Notes under the pieces: generated by a model
Database searches by the model: none
Told to the model about the DNA's origin: nothing
The model's input: the letters and a program-made list of their open reading frames with translations, nothing else
Program-made: the position numbers and the translations under genes
Source: Alphaproteobacteria bacterium
GTDB taxonomy: Bacteria > Pseudomonadota > Alphaproteobacteria > Micavibrionales > Micavibrionaceae
Direction: 5' to 3'
DNA: 64,000 nt
Assembly (NCBI GenBank): GCA_023140215.1
Contig: JAGLMC010000048.1
Location: 379-64,378, forward strand
Shown here: positions 1 through 7,688 of the stretch, piece by piece
Position numbering within the stretch: the first letter of the stretch is position 1
How the letters are laid out: every line of letters begins with the position of its first letter

Positions 1-485
1 TTAACGCCTCGTCGCTCTCCGTTACCTAAATCCTCAATTCCGCGAGGTTCACCAAAATATACACCGCCAGTTAATTCACGAACTATCAAAATATCAAGCC
101 CTTTAACAATTTCCGGTTTAAGAGTAGAAGCATCAATTAACGCATCAAAAACAATAGCAGGGCGCAAATTTGCAAATAAATCCAGCTCTTTGCGCAATTT
201 TAGAAGTCCTGCTTCAGGGCGCAAATTATATTCAACGTCATCCCATTTAGTACCGCCGACAGCACCTAGCATAATAGCATCAGCAGCGCGGCAACGCTCT
301 AATGTAGTGTCATCAAAAGGATTTCCAAATTCATCAATGGAAGCTCCTCCGATCAAACCATTTTCAGTGTTAATATTCAGAGGCGTATGTTCATTAATCC
401 AGTTAATGATTTTTTGAACTTCATTTATAGTCTCTGCGCCAATGCCATCACCGGGGAGTATCATCATATTATATTCATTTGTCAT
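1..485 (-). CDS. leuB: 3-isopropylmalate dehydrogenase, N-terminal ~161 codons (gene continues past the left edge)
   Basis: My own reverse-complement translation from ATG 485..483 reads MTNEYNMMILPGDGIGAETINEVQKIINW...LGAVGGTKWD...LRKELDLFANLRP...IVRELTGGVYFGEPRG, a typical LeuB N-terminus. It is on the same strand as leuD and leuC. The track ORF 190..417(+) is its antisense shadow. Confidence 0.9.
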   Translation of the reverse strand, partial: MTNEYNMMILPGDGIGAETINEVQKIINWINEHTPLNINTENGLIGGASIDEFGNPFDDTTLERCRAADAIMLGAVGGTKWDDVEYNLRPEAGLLKLRKELDLFANLRPAIVFDALIDASTLKPEIVKGLDILIVRELTGGVYFGEPRGIEDLGNGERRGV

Positions 486-501
486 GTTTGCTTATGCCTT
501 T

Positions 502-1224
502 TTATAAATTAGTAAAGTAAAAATCATGCCCAATCTGATGTAGGTTTTTATATTCAGCAGATAAGAGCTTGCCAACACGTTCCAGATTATTATCTAAGAT
601 TTCTATTTGAATAAAGCATTTATTATTATTTAAAATATCTTGCATACCTAGAAGAACAGATTCTTCATATCCTTCAACATCAATTTTAATTAGTAATGTT
701 TTGTTTTTAAAATCAAAAATACTATCTAAAGATTTTTGTTTTATAGTTATTGAACTTCCTTTTTTAGAATTTTTTCCAACATGTGATGTACCTGTATTGT
801 CATCTGTAGCCATTTGAAATATTACATTATTGTTAGTATTTCCAACTGCAAAGTCATGAACTGTGACATGCTCGCTAAGGGCGTTCATTTTTAAATGAGC
901 ATAAAGGTGATAAATATTGCGAGGATCACATTCAAAGCTATGTACTTCAGGAATAAGATTAGATCCACCAAGTATGCAGGAATAAAGTCCGAAATTTGTT
1001 CCAATATCTAAAAAAGCATTAAAAGAATATTTTTTAGCTTGTTCTATCATATAGGAGAGCTGTTTTTTCTCATAGCCTCTTTCAATCCACATACGTCTAT
1101 CAATATAATTATCAGGTTTTATAACGAATTCAGATCCCATAAATCGTACAATCTTATGCTGTGTACGACTTATATGCTTATACCAAAAGCGATATATACT
1201 TGTTTTTATTCGTATATAATTCAT
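502..1224 (-). CDS. FkbM-family SAM-dependent methyltransferase
   Basis: 240 aa. Motifs FLDIGTNFGLYS, HSFECDP and LIKIDVEGYEESVL match the FkbM-family pattern. It sits 12 nt after leuD and 16 nt before leuB. It is very AT-rich: my hand count is 24 G+C in 601..720. Confidence 0.75.
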   Translation of the reverse strand: MNYIRIKTSIYRFWYKHISRTQHKIVRFMGSEFVIKPDNYIDRRMWIERGYEKKQLSYMIEQAKKYSFNAFLDIGTNFGLYSCILGGSNLIPEVHSFECDPRNIYHLYAHLKMNALSEHVTVHDFAVGNTNNNVIFQMATDDNTGTSHVGKNSKKGSSITIKQKSLDSIFDFKNKTLLIKIDVEGYEESVLLGMQDILNNNKCFIQIEILDNNLERVGKLLSAEYKNLHQIGHDFYFTNL

Positions 1225-1236
1225 TGATTTTACGCT

Positions 1237-1842
1237 CTAAATCCACGGTTTTTCAGTATTGATTTTGTTCTCATAAGAATCTATATAATTCTTTTTTTCC
1301 AGTGTGAGGTCAATATCATCAATACCACCAAGTAAACAATGTTTGCGAAAAGGATCAATATCAAAATTAAGGCTGAATTTATTTCCTCGTGTGATTGTTT
1401 GCTTTTCAAGGTTGATTTCAATCAATACATCTGGATTTTCTTGCACTTCTTTCATTAAGGTATCAACTTGTTCTTGCGGTAGTTCAATAGGTAAAATGCC
1501 GTTCTTAAAGCTGTTATTATAAAAAATATCGGCAAAGCTTGAAGCAATGATGCATTGAATCCCAAAATCTTTAATAGCCCACGGTGCATGCTCACGTGAA
1601 GAGCCGCAACCAAAATTCTTTCCGGTAATTAGAATTTCTGCATTTCGGTATGGTTTTTTATTGAGAACAAAATCTTTATTTTCATTACCGTTTTCATCAT
1701 AGCGTAAATCATTAAAAGCATTAACACCAAGCCCTGTTCGTTTAATCGTTTTAAGAAATTGCTTTGGGATAATAATATCCGTATCAATATTTATCATAGG
1801 CATAGGCGCAGCAACAGCTCGCAGAGTTTGAAAAGGTTTCAT
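1237..1842 (-). CDS. leuD: 3-isopropylmalate dehydratase small subunit
   Basis: 201 aa. INIDTDIIIPKQFLK, GKNFGCGSSREHAPWA and IASSFADIFYNN are LeuD hallmarks. Confidence 0.95.
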   Translation of the reverse strand: MKPFQTLRAVAAPMPMINIDTDIIIPKQFLKTIKRTGLGVNAFNDLRYDENGNENKDFVLNKKPYRNAEILITGKNFGCGSSREHAPWAIKDFGIQCIIASSFADIFYNNSFKNGILPIELPQEQVDTLMKEVQENPDVLIEINLEKQTITRGNKFSLNFDIDPFRKHCLLGGIDDIDLTLEKKNYIDSYENKINTEKPWI

Positions 1843-2621
1843 TATTTGTCTTTCAAGAGTTTATCTATCAAAATATTTTTATAGTAATAAACTCGTTTCA
1901 TCAAACCTTCCATGATTTTAAACCACGCTCTTCCGAATGGGTAAGCAAGTTTCATAATACTGGAAAGGTTTAGGGTTTTATCAAAACGCTCTGTACCTAT
2001 ATATTGCGGTTGTTCAGCGTTTTGACGTGATAATCCCGGTTGTATAATAAAAGCATTAACACCGGTTTTCCAGCAATGCCCCATAAGAGTATCAATCGGA
2101 ATATAATTCTTATCTAAATTACGTAACATCTTTACAGCACCGGCAAAGGTAATAATATATGCATGCGCTCCTCCGGGCGTTGTGCATAGGCGGTTAAGCT
2201 TATATTTATCCATTATTATGCGTTTAGTATATTGCTTGAGCGTTGCAACTTTCTTGCTACCTAAAAACCGCACCAACTCAAAATCCTGCGCTCCATTTTC
2301 CAATGCTTGTAATATCTTTGGGAAATCTTTGTATAGCTCGACATCGTCTTCCAGAATAAGACTAATTGGAATTTCTTTATTCACCATTTTTTGATAAATG
2401 CTTTTATGAGAAAGAAGAACTCCTATCTCACCACCTTTCATATTCCGGCCAAAATATAATTGCCTTTTGAATGTATGGTGGTTTGGATGGTTTGGAACAT
2501 CAAAGCCGCGTCCGTCAACAGCTTCAAAGAATTCAAATTCAAGATTGCGTTCTTCCATTATTTTTGTGATATGGGTTTTACGCTCTTTTGCTTCAGCTAG
2601 AGATATAACAAATGTTTTCAT
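1842..2621 (-). CDS. Glycosyltransferase family 25 (LPS/LOS glycosyltransferase-like)
   Basis: 259 aa. The N-terminus MKTFVISLAEAKERKTHI...FEFFEAVDGRG and the EDDVEL acidic motif fit the GT25 family. Its stop shares one base with the leuD start (TAATG at 1840..1844). Confidence 0.75.
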   Translation of the reverse strand: MKTFVISLAEAKERKTHITKIMEERNLEFEFFEAVDGRGFDVPNHPNHHTFKRQLYFGRNMKGGEIGVLLSHKSIYQKMVNKEIPISLILEDDVELYKDFPKILQALENGAQDFELVRFLGSKKVATLKQYTKRIIMDKYKLNRLCTTPGGAHAYIITFAGAVKMLRNLDKNYIPIDTLMGHCWKTGVNAFIIQPGLSRQNAEQPQYIGTERFDKTLNLSSIMKLAYPFGRAWFKIMEGLMKRVYYYKNILIDKLLKDK

Positions 2622-3283
2622 ATAGAGCTTTCTTTTATTTTCATATCAGAGAAAGCTTCAAAGAGTTTCATATCAAAAATTTCTGCGCCTTTTTCCTCAC
2701 GCATACGTTTAAGAACGCCGGCGGGAGAAATATCACGTTCTCCATAATGCGGACGCCAGATACGCCAGCCGTCGTATGCTTCTATGATAGCGGTAAGGCG
2801 TACAGGTGCGGAAAGCTGATTACCTGAAATGCCGTGTGTGCCGTTACCATCCATTTGTTCATGATGGTTAACCATAATATCAATCATCAGGTCTTTAAAG
2901 GGATGATTAATATCAGCCAGATGTTCTTGTACGATTTGCGCACCAAGAAGCGTATGCGTACGGCGTACTTTTTTAAGCATACCGCTAGGTTTTTCTTCTT
3001 TATCCCAAAGCTCTAAAGGCAGATTCTTTTTGCCTATATCATGTGGAAGGACAGCCCAATACATATTTTCAGCCACAAGATCGCTCAAACCTATATGCAG
3101 GCATGTATTTTTAACATTGTTTGCAACGCGCTTTGCATGTTCTGGAAAAATATAGGCATGATCTTCAGGGCGTTGATTATCATAGGTTTTTAGCTCTTGA
3201 AGTTGTTCTTTTATGAATATCTTGATCTGATTACATATTTCATTTGTTTCTCTTAAATCAAAATTATCAGGCCAAGAAGACAT
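2618..3283 (-). CDS. Stand-alone HD-GYP-type HD-domain phosphohydrolase with a degenerate GYP motif
   Basis: 221 aa. LPHDIGK and HHEQMDGNGTHG align with the HD-GYP signatures HDIGK and HHErxDGsGYP, with GTH replacing GYP. IEAYDGW corresponds to the DvfDAl region. It overlaps the GT25 start by 4 nt (ATGA) and the leuC stop by 1 nt. Confidence 0.7.
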   Translation of the reverse strand: MSSWPDNFDLRETNEICNQIKIFIKEQLQELKTYDNQRPEDHAYIFPEHAKRVANNVKNTCLHIGLSDLVAENMYWAVLPHDIGKKNLPLELWDKEEKPSGMLKKVRRTHTLLGAQIVQEHLADINHPFKDLMIDIMVNHHEQMDGNGTHGISGNQLSAPVRLTAIIEAYDGWRIWRPHYGERDISPAGVLKRMREEKGAEIFDMKLFEAFSDMKIKESSI

Positions 3284-4686
3284 TAGAATTCCCTGACATC
3301 AGTTAACCGACCTCGAATAGCTGCAGCCGCAGCCATAGCAGGACTCATTAGATGCGTACGTCCTCCGCGACCTTGGCGACCTTCAAAGTTGCGGTTAGAA
3401 GTGGAAGCACAACGTTCCTCAGGCTCTAGCTTGTCAGCGTTCATAGCTAAACACATAGAGCATCCCGGTTCACGCCAGTCAAATCCGGCTTCAATAAAGA
3501 TTTTATCCAGTCCTTCTTTTTCAGCTTGTTCTTTTACAAGCCCTGATCCGGGCACAATAAGAGCATGTACGTTATCTGCAACTTTATGCCCTTGAGCAAT
3601 TTTTGCTACTTCACGTAAATCCTCAATCCTTGCATTGGTACAAGAGCCAATAAAGGCTTTATCAATCGTAATTTCTTGCATATGCATGCCGGATGTTAAT
3701 CCCATATAATCAAGCATACGCTGAACAGAAGCTTTTTTCTCTTCAGTATCAAAATCATCAGGGCAGGGGACTATACCTGTAATTTCGATTACATCTTCCG
3801 GTGAAGTTCCCCATGTAACAAGCGGTGTAATATCATCGGCATTTATTACAATATCTTTATCATAGGTTGCGTCTTCATCTGAAAAGAGTGTTTTCCAATA
3901 TGAAACAGCCATTTCAAATTTTTTACCTTGTGGAGCCATTGGCCGCCCTTTGATATAATCAAAGGTAGTTTGATCGGGGGCAATAAGTCCGGTACGCGCA
4001 CCGGCTTCAATAGCCATATTGCACAGAGTCATACGGCCTTCCATAGAAAGCGCACGCACAGCTTCACCGGTATATTCAATTACATGCCCTGTTCCGCCTG
4101 CTGTGCCAATCTCACGAATAATTGCAAGAGCCATATCTTTAGCGCTAACACCTGTAGATAAAGCTCCGTTTACTGTAATGCGCATATTCTTGGCTGGTTT
4201 TTGAATGAGAGTTTGAGTTGCCAGTACATGCTCAACTTCTGATGTTCCAATTCCAAACGCTAAAGATCCGAACGCGCCATGAGTGCTGGTGTGGCTGTCA
4301 CCACAAACAATAGTCATGCCGGGTAGGGTAAAGCCTTGTTCAGGGCCAATAATATGTACAATTCCCTGACGTTTGTCATCCATATCGAATAAAGTCACGC
4401 CGAATTCGCTACAATTAGCTCTTAGGGTTTCTATCTGGATACGGCTGTCTTCTTCTAAAATTCCATTTGTGCGGTTTGTAGTCGGCACATTGTGATCCGC
4501 TACAGCTAGAGTTGTTTTTGTTTTGTGAACTTTGCGGTTATTCATACGCAAACCTTCAAAAGCTTGCGGGGAAGTAACTTCATGCACAAGGTGGCGGTCA
4601 ATATAAATCAGGCATGTACCATCATCTTGTTTATGTATAACATGCTCATTCCAGATTTTTTCAAAAAGTGTTTGTTGTGTCCTCAT
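3283..4686 (-). CDS. leuC: 3-isopropylmalate dehydratase large subunit
   Basis: 467 aa. The aconitase-family motifs [19 protein letters not shown] and CSMCLAMN are present, and the overall pattern is LeuC. Confidence 0.95.
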   Translation of the reverse strand: MRTQQTLFEKIWNEHVIHKQDDGTCLIYIDRHLVHEVTSPQAFEGLRMNNRKVHKTKTTLAVADHNVPTTNRTNGILEEDSRIQIETLRANCSEFGVTLFDMDDKRQGIVHIIGPEQGFTLPGMTIVCGDSHTSTHGAFGSLAFGIGTSEVEHVLATQTLIQKPAKNMRITVNGALSTGVSAKDMALAIIREIGTAGGTGHVIEYTGEAVRALSMEGRMTLCNMAIEAGARTGLIAPDQTTFDYIKGRPMAPQGKKFEMAVSYWKTLFSDEDATYDKDIVINADDITPLVTWGTSPEDVIEITGIVPCPDDFDTEEKKASVQRMLDYMGLTSGMHMQEITIDKAFIGSCTNARIEDLREVAKIAQGHKVADNVHALIVPGSGLVKEQAEKEGLDKIFIEAGFDWREPGCSMCLAMNADKLEPEERCASTSNRNFEGRQGRGGRTHLMSPAMAAAAAIRGRLTDVREF

Positions 4687-4713
4687 TCATCCGTTCACTT
4701 TCCCGTTTTGCTT

Positions 4714-5295
4714 TTATTCTTCATTCTTAGAAGAAGCCTGAGCATCCTCTGTTTTAGCTTCATCTAATTTTGCAGCAGCTTCATCAGCCTTTGCTTTTGC
4801 TTTGGCACTAGCAGCATCCTCATGAATCTTGCGAGCCTTGGCGCGGGCAGCTTGCTTTGCTTCTTTTTTCTGTGCACGTTTCTTGGTTTTAGTCATACCT
4901 TCAACGGTAGCATCTGTAGCTATTTCAATTCCATGTCCGGATATGCGTTCTGAAATACGGGCAGATTTACCACGGCGATTACGTAGATAATACAGTTTTG
5001 AACGGCGCACTGAACCACGGCGAACCAGTTCAATTCCATCAATACGTGAACTCCAAAGCGGGAAAACACGCTCGACACCTTCACCATAGCTTATCTTACG
5101 AACTGTAAATGTTTCGTTGATGCCACTACCTTTTCTTGAGATGCATACGCCCTCAAAGGCTTGGATACGCTCACGAGTACCTTCTTTAACACGTACATTA
5201 ACCTTGATCGTGTCTCCTGAGCTGAATTTTGGAACTTGTTTTTCGCTCTGTGCTTTTTCAAGCTGACGAGCTTCAAATTTTTGCAGTGTGTTCAT
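4714..5295 (-). CDS. rplS: 50S ribosomal protein L19 with a ~65-aa Lys/Ala/Glu-rich C-terminal extension
   Basis: 193 aa. The L19 core reads [35 protein letters not shown]...[18 protein letters not shown]. The tail reads [19 protein letters not shown]...[16 protein letters not shown]. Confidence 0.95.
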   Translation of the reverse strand: MNTLQKFEARQLEKAQSEKQVPKFSSGDTIKVNVRVKEGTRERIQAFEGVCISRKGSGINETFTVRKISYGEGVERVFPLWSSRIDGIELVRRGSVRRSKLYYLRNRRGKSARISERISGHGIEIATDATVEGMTKTKKRAQKKEAKQAARAKARKIHEDAASAKAKAKADEAAAKLDEAKTEDAQASSKNEE

Positions 5296-5561
5296 TTTTC
5301 TTTCCCTTTATCAGAACCCGATACGAAGCTTTAAGTCCGGCGGTTCATTTATCTTTTTGTGGGTTAAATCAAAATCTCGCGCATAAATACAATAAAACCA
5401 GAAGCTCTGCAAGTTTTATTTTACATTTATGAATAGAGCTTATCCCTTTCTATGCCTTTGTTTTAGGGCGAAAAAGAATAAATTATTGCAATTTTTTGGG
5501 AAACGGCACTATAGTCAGCGTACTTTATTATGTATAAACATGTTAAAAAAGGTAAATTACC

Positions 5562-5873
5562 ATGAGTTTAAGTGGTTCAACATTTCGTAATGCAGCTTTG
5601 AATAGTGTTATTATTTTGCCGTTAGTATTTTCGTTAGCTGGATGCGCATCTATGAATAATTCTTTTATAAAAGATCCCAATAGTTATTCTGTAGAAGAAA
5701 AGGGTGATTGTTCAGAGTTTGAAAGACATAAGCATAATTTTATTACTGGCGAATCTTTAAATTCTGAGTGGCCGCATACGCATGGCTGGTTTCCTCCAAT
5801 ATGGCATCAACATCCACTTTGTTCTAAGTATGGTACGCCGATTAAAGAAGATCAGGTCGTCGCTCCTGAGTAA
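5562..5873 (+). CDS. Small lipoprotein, His/Trp/Cys-rich, function unknown
   Basis: 103 aa. The signal peptide ends in the canonical lipobox L-A-G-C (VFSLAGCAS). An AAGG lies ~11 nt upstream of the ATG. The mature part reads HKHNF...WPHTHGWFPPIWHQHPLC. It lies antisense between trmD and rplS and overlaps the trmD 3' end by 32 nt. Confidence 0.6.
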   Translation: MSLSGSTFRNAALNSVIILPLVFSLAGCASMNNSFIKDPNSYSVEEKGDCSEFERHKHNFITGESLNSEWPHTHGWFPPIWHQHPLCSKYGTPIKEDQVVAPE

Positions 5874-6546
5874 GTGTTTTTGATTGTTCTTTACGCCATT
5901 CTTCTATTTTTTTATGATCGCCGGATTTAAGAATATCAGGTACATAAAAAATCTTTCCGGTTAAACTTTTCCATTCAAAAGGGCGGGTATAATGTGGGTA
6001 TTCCAGCAAACCACCTGATTTTTCAGAGAAGCTTTCTTCATTCGGTGTTTTTGTATTTCCCATTACACCGGGCATTAGCCTTATACATGCATCCATTAGA
6101 ATAAGCGCAGCAGGTTCTCCACCGGAGAGTATATAATCACCAATGCTGATTTCTTCAAATTCATGAGCATCAATCACGCGTTGATCAACGCCTTCATAGC
6201 GTCCGCAAAGTAAAGTGAGTGTTTCTTCAGCGCATAATTCCTGTACAAGCTTTTGTGTAAGAGGCTTTCCGCGTGGACTTAAATATATTTTGCGTCCTGA
6301 ATTTCCTCCTTTTTCTTTAATTGAAAGAAGGGCTTTTTCAATTACATCAGCACGCATAACCATTCCTGCTCCTCCGCCATATGGAGTGTCATCCACGCAT
6401 TTATGCACACCATCGGCAAAATCACGAATATTGATAGTGTTGTAGCTCCAATCTCCACGTTGCAATGCTTTTCCACTTAGAGAGCAAGCAAGCGTACTTG
6501 GAAACATTTCAGGAAAAATGGTGAGAATATTTACATGCCAGTTCAT
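5842..6546 (-). CDS. trmD: tRNA (guanine37-N1)-methyltransferase
   Basis: 234 aa. The TrmD pattern DDTPYGGGAGMVM, YLSPRG, LLCGRYEGVDQRV and ISIGDYILSGGE is present. Confidence 0.95.
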   Translation of the reverse strand: MNWHVNILTIFPEMFPSTLACSLSGKALQRGDWSYNTINIRDFADGVHKCVDDTPYGGGAGMVMRADVIEKALLSIKEKGGNSGRKIYLSPRGKPLTQKLVQELCAEETLTLLCGRYEGVDQRVIDAHEFEEISIGDYILSGGEPAALILMDACIRLMPGVMGNTKTPNEESFSEKSGGLLEYPHYTRPFEWKSLTGKIFYVPDILKSGDHKKIEEWRKEQSKTLTQERRPDLL

Positions 6547-6549
6547 ACT

Positions 6550-7077
6550 CTATTCCTCTGCATATATTTGGTAATTTTTGATTTTAAGAACTCCGTCTTT
6601 GATATTAATTTCCGGCACTGTCTCTTTAAGAAATGGAAGAAAGAAGTCTTTTCCGGATGATAATCTTATTTCCAGTAAATCCCCAGCTCCAAAATTTTTA
6701 ACGGATAAAATTGTGCCTATGATTTTATCACTTTCAATAACGTCAAGCCCTATAAGGTCTTCAAAATAAAAGCTGTCTTCATCTTTAAGTGCGGGAAGGG
6801 TGCTTTTATCAATAAAAAGCTCTATTCCTCTAAGCTTTTCAGCTTGGGTTCTGTCGGTTATTTCTTTAATTTCAGCTAAAATATATTTGCCAAGTTTGTT
6901 TTTAAGAGTAATAGAAAGAGATTTTTCTCCACTCTCATCAATATATATAGTTCCGTTCAAAAGTTCGGTATCATCACCAAAGCTCAAAATTTTAACCAGC
7001 CCCTTAACTCCATGTGCGGCAACAATTTTGCCGATACATATACGTTTTGGAGGCTGGTCAGTATTTTGAAATGTCAT
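6550..7077 (-). CDS. rimM: 16S rRNA processing protein RimM
   Basis: 175 aa. IGKIVAAHGVKGLVKI matches the RimM N-terminus, followed by a PRC-barrel-like C-terminus. It occupies the conserved position between rpsP and trmD. Confidence 0.9.
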   Translation of the reverse strand: MTFQNTDQPPKRICIGKIVAAHGVKGLVKILSFGDDTELLNGTIYIDESGEKSLSITLKNKLGKYILAEIKEITDRTQAEKLRGIELFIDKSTLPALKDEDSFYFEDLIGLDVIESDKIIGTILSVKNFGAGDLLEIRLSSGKDFFLPFLKETVPEINIKDGVLKIKNYQIYAEE

Positions 7078-7086
7078 AAAAGGAGA

Positions 7087-7641
7087 TTACTCTTCTTTCT
7101 TTTCTTGTTCCTTAGGAGCTTCATCAGTAGGAGCTTCATCAGTAGGAGCTTCATCAGTAGGAGCTTCATCAGTAGGAGCTTTTTCTTTTGTTTCTTCTTT
7201 TGGAGTCTCTGTTTCTTTATCTGCCTCTTTGGCTGCTTCAGCAGCGACTTTTGCAGCTTCATTAGCTTCTTTAGCAGCAGCTTTTGCAGCTTCAGCAGCA
7301 CTGGCTTGTTTTTCTTTCTTTTCTTCAATACGAAGCTTTGTTTTTTCAGATTGTTCAGCTTTTTTCGGACGTACAGGTTGAGCAGGCATATCAATTATAC
7401 CGGCCTTACCAAGAAAGATTGCAACGCGTTCAGAGGGTTTTGCACCTTGAGAAAGCCAGTATTCAATCCGGTCTTTTACAAGTGTTACGCGGTTTTCGTC
7501 TGCATCATTCAAAAGCGGGTTGTACGTGCCAAGTTTTTCGATGTAACGACCATCGCGCGGCATGCGTTTGTCTGCAACAACAATGCGATGGAATGGGCTA
7601 TTTTTACGCCCGCCTCTTGATAGTCTTATTGATAGTGCCAT
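7087..7641 (-). CDS. rpsP: 30S ribosomal protein S16 with a ~100-aa low-complexity C-terminal extension
   Basis: 184 aa. The S16 core reads [43 protein letters not shown]. The tail is rich in A/K/E and ends with (APTDE)x4. Confidence 0.95.
   Translation of the reverse strand: MALSIRLSRGGRKNSPFHRIVVADKRMPRDGRYIEKLGTYNPLLNDADENRVTLVKDRIEYWLSQGAKPSERVAIFLGKAGIIDMPAQPVRPKKAEQSEKTKLRIEEKKEKQASAAEAAKAAAKEANEAAKVAAEAAKEADKETETPKEETKEKAPTDEAPTDEAPTDEAPTDEAPKEQEKKEE
7125..7190. repeat. Perfect 15-bp tandem repeat, 4 copies plus a partial copy, inside the rpsP tail
   Basis: GGAGCTTCATCAGTA is repeated four times head-to-tail (7125..7184), followed by a partial GGAGCT. It encodes (APTDE)4 on the minus strand. 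Confidence 0.95.
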
Positions 7642-7688
7642 TTTTTATTTCTCCTTTTTAAATGTTTAAATATTACGTAATTAATTAT

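Noticed and set aside
7125-7190. I considered whether the tandem repeats here and at 31367..31663 could be CRISPR-like arrays.
   Set aside because: The units are head-to-tail with no unique spacers, are 15 and 45 bp long, lie in-frame within coding sequences, and have no cas genes nearby.
7012-7661. Track ORFs 7012..7620(+), 7074..7394(-) and 7284..7661(+) overlap rpsP.
   Set aside because: They are low-complexity shadow frames of the repetitive A/K/E-rich S16 tail (for example [14 protein letters not shown] from the 15-bp repeat). The S16 frame has a clear family match, and the others have none.
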